A stretch of DNA of 64,000 nt from Candidatus Latescibacterota bacterium (GCA_965219455.1 OZ244744.1:3968001-4032000); one strand, 5' to 3'. Shown: positions 49,324-59,018, counted from the stretch's first letter. Numbers and translations: made by a program. The notes: generated from the sequence alone by a model not told the origin.

Positions 49324-49588
49324 GGCCAGCGATCATCTCAAGACGCCCGAGGACGCCGCCGCTTATCTGAACGCGGCGATAGAGGAAATGGGCGATGATC
49401 CACGCTTGCTCATGAAGGCGTTTCGGAACGTTGCTGAGACGCCGGGTGGCGTGTCCGAGCTTACGCGCCGGGCAAAGCTGGATCGCGTAGCCCTTTCTCG
49501 AGCTCTTTCCGGTCAACGAAATCCACGACTCGATACGCTCGCAAAAGTCTCCGCCGCTTGCGGTATCAAGATGCGTTTCTCGGCGTAG
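49304..49588 (+). CDS. Addiction-module antidote, copy 2 (TTG start)
   Basis: Differs from copy 1 at about 6 residues. Confidence 0.88.
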   Translation: MPVREHKASDHLKTPEDAAAYLNAAIEEMGDDPRLLMKAFRNVAETPGGVSELTRRAKLDRVALSRALSGQRNPRLDTLAKVSAACGIKMRFSA

Positions 49589-49638
49589 GCCGCAATGCGG
49601 TGTAGCAATCAAGACCCGTGGAAGCCCGGAGGTGAATT

Positions 49639-50442
49639 ATGAATCGTGATCCCGTAGTTGAGGAAGTTCATCGGACCAGGCAGAAACTCTTGAATGGGTG
49701 CAGCGGCGATCTCGACCGGTTGTTGGACCGCGTGAAAGCTGGCGAAAAAAACCACCACAATCTCGTGGTCACGAATTCTCCGCTGCCCGTAAAGACCTAC
49801 GTGATGAAGGAGACCGAGTCGTTAGTTCGCTCGATATTGGGGACAGTCCCATTGTTCGGCACGACACTGAACGAGGCATTTTTCGACCTGCGTGCCCGGC
49901 TCAAGCATGAGCGTCTCGAAAGATTCATAGAGGATCTGGCGAAAAATGTACATTCTCTTGAAACAGAAAAAATCGATACCGGTTATATTCACAGCGAAGA
50001 GTTCGTCGATTTTCTTGAAGACGTGCTAATTCGAGCCACGAAAATCAGAGCGGATGAAAAGCGGGAAAAACTCGCGGCAGTGCTCGCCGCCCGAATTCAG
50101 GATGGAGAAGGTACGCCCTTCGACGATCGCTTCCTGGATCTGTTGATATCGTTGACCGAGATGCAGATCCGCATTTTGGATGAGCATCTTCGCGCTGCCG
50201 AAAGACGAGACGAATCGAACAAGGGAATCTCTGAGGCGAGCAGAGAGCATCGCCAACCGGGCTACTATGAGATTTCGGATTCGAATTACCGGTTCCTGGT
50301 CCAAGATTTACTTGCCAGGTCACTCTTGTATACTCATAGGGCAGGCCGTGGAGACCTTGGTCCACTTCAATTCCTGGAGGTAACCGAACTCGGGGAAGCG
50401 TTTGTGCGATTCTTGGAAAAAGGCACTGCTCATGCGCTTTGA
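49639..50442 (+). CDS. Hypothetical protein, apparent fusion of a small DPVVEEV-type protein to an Abi-alpha/DUF4393-like domain
   Basis: N-terminal MNRDPVVEEVHRTRQ; then GTVPLFG..RLERFIEDL..SEEF..EKREKLA..LTEMQIRIL..TELGEAFVRF. Confidence 0.6.
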   Translation: MNRDPVVEEVHRTRQKLLNGCSGDLDRLLDRVKAGEKNHHNLVVTNSPLPVKTYVMKETESLVRSILGTVPLFGTTLNEAFFDLRARLKHERLERFIEDLAKNVHSLETEKIDTGYIHSEEFVDFLEDVLIRATKIRADEKREKLAAVLAARIQDGEGTPFDDRFLDLLISLTEMQIRILDEHLRAAERRDESNKGISEASREHRQPGYYEISDSNYRFLVQDLLARSLLYTHRAGRGDLGPLQFLEVTELGEAFVRFLEKGTAHAL

Positions 50443-50659
50443 AGAATACATTGAAATCCGACCGGGTGTACGTGCCGGTAAGCCCTGCTTTAAGGGTACC
50501 CGTATAACCATCTATGATGTCCTGGAATACCTGGCTGGTGAAATGACCGAGGATGATCTTTTGGACGATTTCCCGGACTTGACGCCGCATCATATCCGCG
50601 CTGCGCGGGCCTATTCCGACGCTCAAAAACAATGGATTGCGACGGATTCTACACGCTAA
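50432..50659 (+). CDS. DUF433 antitoxin-like protein (no downstream toxin)
   Basis: PGVRAGKPCFKGTRITIYDVLEYLA..DDFPDLT. Confidence 0.9.
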   Translation: MRFEEYIEIRPGVRAGKPCFKGTRITIYDVLEYLAGEMTEDDLLDDFPDLTPHHIRAARAYSDAQKQWIATDSTR

Positions 50660-50914
50660 TCTTTCCTCTCAGGGATGGTTGATACCCTCTACGTAATTGT
50701 CTCTGGCGAAGAACAAAATCCGTTTATCGGCTGTCGTGGCATATAGCAATCAAGGCGAAGTTTAATACGGTTAGGCATCTATCTTAGCAGCGAGAATTTC
50801 TACCCTAAGATGAAGAAGAAATACCGTCATTTATATATGAATCGGAACAACGTCAAGAATTTAGTGAAATTTGTTGGGTTGAGTTTTACTCCATCCAGTT
50901 AAAGGATCTGAGAA

Positions 50915-51160
50915 ATGGACGCTGTTCTGACGATAGCCCAAATATACACGCAGTTTGCATCTGAATGGGTCCTCATCGAATCCCCACAGCCCAATAAGGC
51001 CCTTGAAGTGCAGTGCGGGACGGTTCTCTGGCACAGCAGAGATCGGGAGGAGGTCTATCGCCAAGCGGTGGAATTGCGACCTGAACGGTTTCCCATTCTA
51101 TCCACATCAGGGCTTGATCATCGTTCGCGCCGAGTTGTGGGGGAGGGGCGGTAGTCCTGT
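50915..51160 (+). pseudogene. Deleted second copy of the DUF5678-like/retropepsin pair
   Basis: MDAVLTIAQI..WHSRDREEVYRQAV is fused by deletion to a FPFYPHQGLIIVRAELWG protease N-terminal fragment. Confidence 0.85.
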
Positions 51161-51188
51161 CTGGAGTCTAACAACCCGGAGCAACGAA

Positions 51189-51473
51189 ATGCCCGTAACA
51201 GAACATAAGGCCAGCGACTACCTAAAAACACCAGAGGACGCCGCCGCCTATCTGAATGCGGCGATTGAGGAAATGGGCGACGATCCACGCTTGCTTATGA
51301 ATGCGTTTCGTAACGTTGCCGAGGCGCGGGGTGGTGTGTCCGAGCTTGCACGCCAGGCCAAGTTGGATCGAGTGGCCCTTTCCCGAGCTCTGTCTGGTCG
51401 ACGAAATCCACGGCTCGATACACTCGCAAAAGTGTCCGCGGCCTGCGGGATCAAGTTTCGTTCTACAGCCTGA
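51189..51473 (+). CDS. Addiction-module antidote, copy 3 (orphan)
   Basis: Differs from copy 1 at about 8 residues, with many synonymous changes. Confidence 0.88.
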   Translation: MPVTEHKASDYLKTPEDAAAYLNAAIEEMGDDPRLLMNAFRNVAEARGGVSELARQAKLDRVALSRALSGRRNPRLDTLAKVSAACGIKFRSTA

Positions 51474-51854
51474 GCGAGGTCTCGTAGTCGCACAGCTTGT
51501 TTATCGCGTCTGCTTGAGACGTCATCGCGACGAAGACTCCTTGTGTCTATTGGTCTTGCAACAAACACTGCGGGTCCTTGGTTTCGCGTTGTTGAGATAT
51601 CTTTGGTTGAACATCCAGTAAGCCAATACAACTCCAGATAAACGAGATCGGATCAGGTCATTCACTTGCCAGAAAATGGATAGGAGCGAGCTTCTTAGTT
51701 GATTGCGAAATGTTGAAGTTTTGTTGTGTCTCTCGACACCCTAAATAACATTGCGTAATTCCTGATTTAAATGATTGATTTTTTTAATTATAAACTTACG
51801 CGTGCAGTCGATAGAGACGTAGACGTTTAATAAATAAAGCACTGTGACATTCTT

Positions 51855-53384
51855 ATGGAACCAATCATTAATGCGCTTACCGAAGTTGGTCCCTCTCGTA
51901 CAGAACGTCTTGTAGAGAACCTGACCCAATCGATGGGTATCTCTACAGCAGCAGCCCGCCAACGCCTGTCAAGGGCACGGGCTCCAGTTGCACGTATGCA
52001 AAGACTCTTGCCAAGACGTGAAGCCTTCTTCTATCTGGATGACCAAATCAATACTGAGTATTTTTGGAAAAACCTCATATGTGATCTCCGTGAAACGGGA
52101 AGCATATATGCCTGCGCTATCGACGGGCTCGACGCGCGAGGCGGCGTTGTACCAACGGATGAATTCGCCGTGGTGAGCGGCGCGCCAATTGCATTAAAGA
52201 AGCAGATATCCGCAAGCCGCGTGGCCGAACGGCTTGTCGAACTTGGTGTAATCCAAAATCAAGAAATCGTCCACCTAGGTGACTGTTACGTCGCCAAACC
52301 CAATGCGTTGATTCGGAGACTGAAGACGGTCCACATAATGGCACGTCGGCTTACCGAAGGTGTCCTACTGGACGGCCTTCGCGAATGGGCGTGGAAGAAT
52401 GGGATTGGCAGCCGCAACACCATAACTATCCGAGGTGAAACCCAGCACCGCATGGTGGGCCAGTTCAAATGGGATCTGAACGGACCGAGCTATCTGACTT
52501 CCCTAAGGCGCGAAAACACTCGGCACGGCTTTGTTGTAGCCGATGTGTTCGCCGATGGCGAATTGGATGTTCCACAAATCCAGTATTTCATTCGGAAAGT
52601 GAAGACCTACCAGAAAACCTCGAACAGTGGTCCACTTTTCCCGATCTTAATGGCCAAGAGCTATACAGGTGATGCTATGACCGAGGGCCACAAGTTTGGA
52701 CTGATGTTATCGACACCGAAGAGCCTTTTTGGATCTCTGGTAGGGCAGGCCCTCACTGACTTGATGTCTACCTTAACAAACGTCTCGACTATTGCTTCAG
52801 TCAGCGATAGAGATTTATACAGTCTGCTCGAACGCCTTACTGAAATAGAAGGTAGGGGCGGAAATCTTCGGGGTATACTGTTTGAACTGATCTCAGGTTA
52901 TATTGCTACGCGTGAATTCGGCGGAAGAATTGATCTTGGCGTCTACCACATTCATCGTGAAACTGGCGAAAAAGCCGATCTAGATGTGGTTTGCGTTGAG
53001 GATTACGATTCAGTACATGTAATCGAGTGCAAGGGCAAGGTTCCAGGTGGGTACGTATCGCTCCAAGAGGTGAATAAATGGCTTAATAAGCTTCCGGTCA
53101 TGCAGGACTACGTGGCCGTGCAGGAAAATTTACGCGAATACCAACAGACCTACGAGTTTTGGACCAGCGGCATCTTCGAGGACGACGCGCTCGAAAAACT
53201 GGCCCATGAACGCAGTCTACGAAAAAAAAGGCCGATTGTCTGGAGGGATGGTGTCGCCGTACGGAAGATCGCGGCGCAACGCAGACTCAGGACTATCGGA
53301 GATGCCTTAGACCAGCACTTTCTGCAACATCCCCTAGCGAAGTCGAAACAAGGTCTCACCCGCTACAACTCAGACAGTAGATGA
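51855..53384 (+). CDS. Hypothetical wHTH + PD-(D/E)xK nuclease protein
   Basis: GISTAAARQRLSR HTH; RGILFEL..DLDVV..VIECKG restriction-endonuclease-like motif; AT-rich upstream region. Confidence 0.72.
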   Translation: MEPIINALTEVGPSRTERLVENLTQSMGISTAAARQRLSRARAPVARMQRLLPRREAFFYLDDQINTEYFWKNLICDLRETGSIYACAIDGLDARGGVVPTDEFAVVSGAPIALKKQISASRVAERLVELGVIQNQEIVHLGDCYVAKPNALIRRLKTVHIMARRLTEGVLLDGLREWAWKNGIGSRNTITIRGETQHRMVGQFKWDLNGPSYLTSLRRENTRHGFVVADVFADGELDVPQIQYFIRKVKTYQKTSNSGPLFPILMAKSYTGDAMTEGHKFGLMLSTPKSLFGSLVGQALTDLMSTLTNVSTIASVSDRDLYSLLERLTEIEGRGGNLRGILFELISGYIATREFGGRIDLGVYHIHRETGEKADLDVVCVEDYDSVHVIECKGKVPGGYVSLQEVNKWLNKLPVMQDYVAVQENLREYQQTYEFWTSGIFEDDALEKLAHERSLRKKRPIVWRDGVAVRKIAAQRRLRTIGDALDQHFLQHPLAKSKQGLTRYNSDSR

Positions 53385-53577
53385 AGCCATTGTGTCTTTG
53401 CGATTATACTTAGACCGGTTTGGTATTGAGAGCGCCTTGAGGGCGCAGTGCCCAAAATTGAACACCGTGCAAGCGTATTATTCTGGAGTTCGTCGTAATT
53501 GCACCTCCTGCGGGCGACCAGGCAAAGACCGTGTCGGCCGTTTTGTTTCGTGTTTTCCATTTCCGGAGGATTCCCCC

Positions 53578-55041
53578 ATGCTGGTCAACGGAATTCGGCA
53601 GTTGTTTCTGGATGACGAAGGGGTAGGGGAGACCTTCCGTGTTTCGCGGCATTACCACTCCCCGGTCAAATACGTTGGGAATCCCCTGCTGGTGGGAAAC
53701 GCGTTTCACGACGCGCGGGAAGGGGTTCGGTACGAAGAGGACCGGGTACCACGGGAGGGCGGTGTTGAGAAACTGAACGGTAACCTGACGCCCACGTCGG
53801 TGGTTCGCGCCCCCTCCGGGTTGTTTCAGATGTATTATCAGACGAAGCCGCCGGGGATCAGGGACCTCGGGTACGGAGGCGGGACGCCGGTGGTGGCATA
53901 CGCGGAGTCGCACAACGGGATTCACTGGCGGCTTCCGGCGCTGAATCGGGTCGAGATCAACGGAAGCAGGGAGAACAACGTCTTATTCGAGCCCCCCGGG
54001 TCGCTGCCATGCGTCGTGATCGACGACAACGAAGCAGACGACGCGCGCAGGTACAAGATGCTGTATTATCCCCACAACGTCAGCTTTTCGCCCGACGGCG
54101 TGTCGTGGTCCGACGTGGAGAATTTGCGCGTGCCCAGCCGGATCGGGCATTCCGACGGGTTGAACTGCCTGGCCGGATGGGATGCGGATATCGGGCGATA
54201 CGCGGCCTATTTTCGCCCGCAGATAGCCCGTCCGGGGGAGGAGATCGATCCGGAAGGTACCGCGATTCGATTGATTGCCCGCAGTGAAAGCGAGGATCTC
54301 AGGGAGTGGACGGAACTCGAGACGGTTCTGGCGCCGGACGGCGAGGACCCCGAGGGCACGGAATTTCAGACCATCGGGGTTTTCCAATACGAAGGGATGT
54401 ACGTGGGACTGCTGTGTGTACACGAAGGGTACGCCGAAGAGCGCCCGAAGCGGTTTCCGTACCGGCTGCCGAATTGGCCGGCGCACTCCGCGATGCTGGG
54501 CCGGTGCTATATCGAACTGGTGACGAGCCGGGACGGGATTCGCTGGAACCGGTCGGAGGGGCGCGTGCCGTTTCTGGATACGACTCCCGGCGGGCTGGAC
54601 TCCGGGATTGTCTGGCCCTCCAACTCGCCGGTGTCCGTGGGAGACGAACTCTGGTTCTATTACGGGATGAGTGTGCACGGCCACGGGTTGTCATACGTCA
54701 AGCTACCGGGCCTCGCCCGGCTGAGGCGAGACGGATTTGTGAGTCTGCGCGCCGGGGAGCAGGCCGGGTGGGTGGTGACGGCGCCGTTCGTCTGCCCCGG
54801 CGGACGCCTTTATGTGAACGCGGATGCCGTGGGCGGAGAGCTTTCGGCGTCCGTGATCGAACAGGATGGGTATCACGCGCCTGAATACGCCATGGTCCGG
54901 TGCGCCAGGCTCGACGGCGACGCGATAGCCCACCAGCTGACCTGGCTGGAGCGGGCGGATATGAACCCGCTGAAGGGAAAGGAAATCAGGTTGAAGTTCT
55001 ACCTCAGGCAGGCGGACCTGTTTTCATACTGGTTCGAGTAG
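53578..55041 (+). CDS. Five-bladed beta-propeller glycoside hydrolase-like protein (GH32-like)
   Basis: Asp-box repeats YAESHNGIHW, FSPDGVSW, SEDLREW and TSRDGIRW; LARLRRDGFVSL; C-terminal beta-sandwich. Confidence 0.8.
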   Translation: MLVNGIRQLFLDDEGVGETFRVSRHYHSPVKYVGNPLLVGNAFHDAREGVRYEEDRVPREGGVEKLNGNLTPTSVVRAPSGLFQMYYQTKPPGIRDLGYGGGTPVVAYAESHNGIHWRLPALNRVEINGSRENNVLFEPPGSLPCVVIDDNEADDARRYKMLYYPHNVSFSPDGVSWSDVENLRVPSRIGHSDGLNCLAGWDADIGRYAAYFRPQIARPGEEIDPEGTAIRLIARSESEDLREWTELETVLAPDGEDPEGTEFQTIGVFQYEGMYVGLLCVHEGYAEERPKRFPYRLPNWPAHSAMLGRCYIELVTSRDGIRWNRSEGRVPFLDTTPGGLDSGIVWPSNSPVSVGDELWFYYGMSVHGHGLSYVKLPGLARLRRDGFVSLRAGEQAGWVVTAPFVCPGGRLYVNADAVGGELSASVIEQDGYHAPEYAMVRCARLDGDAIAHQLTWLERADMNPLKGKEIRLKFYLRQADLFSYWFE

Positions 55042-55073
55042 CCGTTTTCCCGATTCGGTGACGGCGGAAAGGA

Positions 55074-55610
55074 TTGATATTGAACCCGATATTCGTAACG
55101 ACGGCCGCGATGGTATTGACAATGGTTTTGGCAACGGGACCGGGTTTCGCGAAGGAATCGGCGGATGCGAGGGTCCTCGATAAGTGGCTTGGGGTCTGGA
55201 AGCATCACACCGTTGTCAGGCCCGCGGCCTGGTCGCTCATCGGTACCGAGCTTTCAGGTAGATCCAGGGTCGAATGGATTCTGAACGCACATTATCAACA
55301 GGTATCCAGCCGGAACGGCGAACAGGAGACACGCGAGATACACCGCTTTGACGCGAAGAGCGGCCAGTATCACAAGTGGGCGTTCGATTCTGACGGGGGA
55401 CACAGTTTCCGGGTGGGTACGTGGGACGAAAAAACCGGTACCATGACGTGGAAATACATGGACTTCGGTTTGGGCATCGAAGGAGAGATTGTGAATCGGT
55501 TTACCGGCGTCGGAGAATTTGAAACGACGCTGGTTTTGAAAGACGGCACGGGAAACGTGCTTCTGGATATCCGGTCTAAACATACCCGACTGGATGAGCA
55601 GCCTGATTAG
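55074..55610 (+). CDS. Secreted DUF1579-like beta-barrel protein
   Basis: Signal peptide; VLDKWLGVW, EWILN, YHKWAFDSDG, GTWDEKTGTMTW. Confidence 0.65.
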   Translation: MILNPIFVTTAAMVLTMVLATGPGFAKESADARVLDKWLGVWKHHTVVRPAAWSLIGTELSGRSRVEWILNAHYQQVSSRNGEQETREIHRFDAKSGQYHKWAFDSDGGHSFRVGTWDEKTGTMTWKYMDFGLGIEGEIVNRFTGVGEFETTLVLKDGTGNVLLDIRSKHTRLDEQPD

Positions 55611-55861
55611 TCCCCGGCTCAAATATCAACTGGCTGTCCTTGTATTCGGGACGGTCCGCCGGCGGGCCGGGTTATCCGTCGGATGGGTGGCGTGTCGGCC
55701 CTTGCCCGTCCAGCAAACCTGGATCGGGTAGCCCTTTCCCGAGTTCATGCTTCGAAAATTCCGCTTGACATTGAACCATTTCGACACTTAAGTATGACTC
55801 GGAACATTCGGGTCATTTTTAATTCTCAACCTATTTGCCGGTGAATTCAAAGGAGGGTATC

Positions 55862-57184
55862 ATGAACTGTCGAAAATACGGGTTGCTGGTTGGAGGCACG
55901 CTCTTATTGGCCTTGCTGGCCTTGCCCGAAGCGGCTTTCGCCGGTCAGCCAAACGCCGGAGACACGGCCTGGGTCATCACGGCAACGGCGCTCGTGTTAT
56001 TCATGACCCTTCCCGGTCTCGCCATGTTTTACGCGGGCCTGGTTCCGTCGAAAAACGTGCTATCCATGTTCATGCAGTGTTTCGGGATCACCGCCCTGGT
56101 CACTGTGCTGTGGATCATCTACGGTTACAGCATTGTTTTTGATTCGACCGGCATGGTCGCAGGGGAACGCGGATTGCACGCATTTTTTGGCGGATTGGGC
56201 AAGGCATTCCTCATCGGCGTGACCCCCGATGCCCTGACGGGCACCATTCCGGAGCCGATTTTCGTCGCATTTCAGCTTACCTTTGCCATCATCACCCCGG
56301 CCCTGATGGTCGGCGCCTTCGCCGAACGCATGAAGTTTTCGGCCGCGTTGTGGTTTACCGGACTGTGGGTGACGGTGGTCTATTTCCCCATCGCCCACAT
56401 GGTCTGGGGAGGTGAGGGCTCCTTCTTCGGCGACATGGGGGTTTTCGACTTCGCCGGTGGCATCGTCGTGCACATGACCGCAGGATTTTCAGCCCTGATA
56501 GCGTGTATTGTCGTCGGCAAGCGCAAAATGCATCCGGGTCAGACTGCGCCGCCTCACAATATTCCCATGGTCCTGACCGGAAAGGCCATACTCTGGGTGG
56601 GCTGGTTCGGCTTCAACGGCGGCAGCGCGCTCGCCGCCAACGGCCAGGCCACGATGGCGCTGCTGGTCACCCAGATCTCACCCTCTCTCGCGGCTCTCAC
56701 CTGGATCGCCATCGAGTGGATTCGATACGGCAAACCCACTGCCGTCGGGTTTGCAACCGGCGCGATCGCCGGTCTTGCCGCGATTACGCCGGCATCCGGG
56801 ACCGTGGGTCCGATCGGCGCTTTGGTCATCGGCATAACCGCCGGGGCACTCTGCTATTATGCCTCTACCGTATTCAAGTCAAAAGTCGGCTACGATGATA
56901 GCCTGGACGTCGTGGGCGTCCATGGCGTCGGCGGTCTCACCGGCGTGATCCTGGTGGGAATCCTTGCGTCTTCCATGTTTGGCGGATCGGTAGTTGGCCT
57001 GGACATCGCGAACCAGTTGAAGGTCCAGATCTTTGCCGCCGTCGTCGTCGGCATCTATTCCATTGCGGTTTCTTTCATTCTACTGAAGATTGTCGACGCC
57101 ATCGTCGGGCTGCGCATCGACGATGAAGGGGAGGACACCGGCCTCGACGTCAGCGATCACGGCGAAACCGGCTACACCATTTAG
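55862..57184 (+). CDS. amtB: Ammonium transporter
   Basis: GDTAW..LVLFMT, FQLTFAIITPAL..AERM, DFAGGIVVH, LWVGWFGFNGGS, YDDSLDVVGVHG; both pore His residues intact. Confidence 0.97.
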   Translation: MNCRKYGLLVGGTLLLALLALPEAAFAGQPNAGDTAWVITATALVLFMTLPGLAMFYAGLVPSKNVLSMFMQCFGITALVTVLWIIYGYSIVFDSTGMVAGERGLHAFFGGLGKAFLIGVTPDALTGTIPEPIFVAFQLTFAIITPALMVGAFAERMKFSAALWFTGLWVTVVYFPIAHMVWGGEGSFFGDMGVFDFAGGIVVHMTAGFSALIACIVVGKRKMHPGQTAPPHNIPMVLTGKAILWVGWFGFNGGSALAANGQATMALLVTQISPSLAALTWIAIEWIRYGKPTAVGFATGAIAGLAAITPASGTVGPIGALVIGITAGALCYYASTVFKSKVGYDDSLDVVGVHGVGGLTGVILVGILASSMFGGSVVGLDIANQLKVQIFAAVVVGIYSIAVSFILLKIVDAIVGLRIDDEGEDTGLDVSDHGETGYTI

Positions 57185-57245
57185 AGACGGGGGTGGGGCA
57201 GGAAACGGGCCCCGTGGCGGGCCGGCTTGTAGGCTATGAGCTTTC

Positions 57246-57312
57246 AGTAAACGTGTCCTTCCCGTCGTAATCCGGGTGAAAACTGGAGACCGGCGCGAAA
57301 ACCGCATTTCTT
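57246..57312 (+). pseudogene. Possible glnK/PII C-terminal remnant
   Basis: SKRVLPVVIRVKTGDRRENRI resembles the PII C-terminus [23 protein letters not shown] and sits where glnK is expected, next to amtB. Confidence 0.45.
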
Positions 57313-57506
57313 TTGCGACTTACGCCTTTGCAGTCGGTCGGAGGGGAGCGCCGGCCGCAGGAAGCCATTGGCTGGCAACTCGCCACGTTCGGACGGCCGA
57401 ATCCCGTCCCTGTCAGCCTATCCTCTCAGCAGGAATTCACGAAAGTATCGTCAACTTCCGGTCCCGGTGAGATCCATATCGGAATTCACCGGAATAGAAT
57501 GGAGGA

Positions 57507-58241
57507 ATGAAGAACATGGCAACTCGCACGTTCGTTATCGTCCTTACGCTGAGCCTGCTTGCCGGTCCCGCTTTTGCCCAGATAGGAAATGTCTCCGTTG
57601 AGGGCGGCGTGGATCTTGTCTCCCATTATATCTTCCGGGGCGTCGTCACCACGGACAAGCCCACCGCGCAGCCCTCTCTCACCGTCGGCTTCGGGGAATC
57701 CGGCGTCTCTTTCAACATCTGGGGTTCCGCCTCTCTTAAACAACGGAGCATTCAGGACGCGGGCGATGAACTCGACTTCACGTTGACGTACGACGGCAAT
57801 CTGGGAGAACAGTACGAAAACGTTGGGTTTACGGCGGGATATATCCAATACACCTTCCCGAGTGCAAAAAAACGCGAAAGAATCTCCGGGGAACTCTTCG
57901 CAGGCCTTAGCCTGGATGTTCCAGCATCCCCGTCCGTCACGCTTTACAGAGACTTCGGCCTTTTCGATTACTGGTATCTCAACGGCAGTATCGGTCATGA
58001 AGTCCAACTGACCCCGGAGGGCAACGTGTCCCTCGGTGTTTCCGGCGATATAGGATACAGTGACACCACCGAAAAGTTCGAATTCAACCACGTCGGCGCG
58101 TCGGTTTCACTGAGTGCAAGCCACAGCCTCTTCTCAGCCTCGGCGACCATCGGGATCATTCGCTGGATCGAAGACATCAACGAAGGCAGGGACGAGCAAA
58201 ACCAGGTCTGGGGCGGCGTCAGTGTGGGTTTTGCCTATTAG
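57507..58241 (+). CDS. TorF/TIGR02001-like outer-membrane beta-barrel protein
   Basis: Signal peptide, VSHYIFRG..AQPSL..ELDF..GYIQYTFP, terminal aromatic residue; this family is commonly linked to amtB. Confidence 0.82.
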   Translation: MKNMATRTFVIVLTLSLLAGPAFAQIGNVSVEGGVDLVSHYIFRGVVTTDKPTAQPSLTVGFGESGVSFNIWGSASLKQRSIQDAGDELDFTLTYDGNLGEQYENVGFTAGYIQYTFPSAKKRERISGELFAGLSLDVPASPSVTLYRDFGLFDYWYLNGSIGHEVQLTPEGNVSLGVSGDIGYSDTTEKFEFNHVGASVSLSASHSLFSASATIGIIRWIEDINEGRDEQNQVWGGVSVGFAY

Positions 58242-58305
58242 CAGCGCACGATCGGCTGTTTATCGGTCGCATCCTGGTTTCTAACCGGCGTAGAGACGCC
58301 TTTGA

Positions 58306-58345
58306 GACGGCGTCGGGACGAGTAAAATCGTCCCGGCGTCGTTTT
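58306..58345 (+). terminator. Rho-independent terminator
   Basis: GACGGCGTCGGGACGA-gtaaaa-TCGTCCCGGCGTCGTT followed by Ts. Confidence 0.65.
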
Positions 58346-58691
58346 GGGTGAAATACGCCGGTGGCTCTACCCGACGACTAAATCGCATTTATTGCGTTCA
58401 CGAGCGCACGCAGCGCTGCGAGTGCGGCGGCTGCGCTTGCCGAAGCGAGGCAGGCGGATGAATGGTGACATTTTCCGGGACGGGGCACTGGGTATGCCTC
58501 TTGAGGAAAAGATGTAGCGCGGGCCTGCCGGAAGTTGGACTGACCGTGAATTCTGCCGGTTCGAACACTCGCCCGGGGGAGGCTTAGACGCGAAGAATCG
58601 CGGCCGCTCGGGCTTTTCTTTTTCGTACGTGTATGTTATATTCCAGAAAGAAATGCGCCTGCCGTTATGCCGTCGAACCATCGGAGGTGAT

Positions 58692-58943
58692 ATGACCAGC
58701 AATTCAGAACTGCTCAGCCGAATCACCGCTCGCCCGGATGTCTTTGGCGGAAAACCGATTATTCGCGATATGAGAATTTCGGTCGAGATTGTCCTGGGTC
58801 TAATGGCAAAGGGCGTAACGATTGATGCGATTTTGGACGATTACCCCGAACTCGAACCGGATGACATTCACGCCTGTGCTGCCTATGCGCACGCGGTCAT
58901 CGCCAGAGATTCACTGGACGCCATTGCGGTCGCGGATACGTGA
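58692..58943 (+). CDS. DUF433 antitoxin-like protein
   Basis: PDVFGGKPIIRDMRISVE..DDYPELEPDDI; GGAGGT RBS. Confidence 0.9.
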   Translation: MTSNSELLSRITARPDVFGGKPIIRDMRISVEIVLGLMAKGVTIDAILDDYPELEPDDIHACAAYAHAVIARDSLDAIAVADT

Positions 58944-58975
58944 GATTTCTCGTCGATAGGTGCGTTGGCCGCCGA
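58940..58975 (+). pseudogene. Truncated DUF5615 (PIN-like) toxin N-terminus
   Basis: GTGA overlap with DUF433; MRFLVDRCVGRR, after which homology ends. Confidence 0.65.
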
Positions 58976-59018
58976 GGCGTCTGGAGCCCCGTCTCCCAAA
59001 ACGACAAAGGAGGAAACC

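Noticed and set aside
50955-51473. 172-aa ORF as one genuine protein
   Set aside because: Chimeric read-through of the deleted retropepsin fragment into antitoxin copy 3, which has its own RBS and ATG at 51189.
37800-53400. Integron cassette array (co-oriented genes; GTTAGGC at ~50770; GTCTAAC at ~51166)
   Set aside because: No paired R''/R' attC palindromes could be built, and there is no intI. xerC lacks the IntI-specific insertion and sits in housekeeping synteny.
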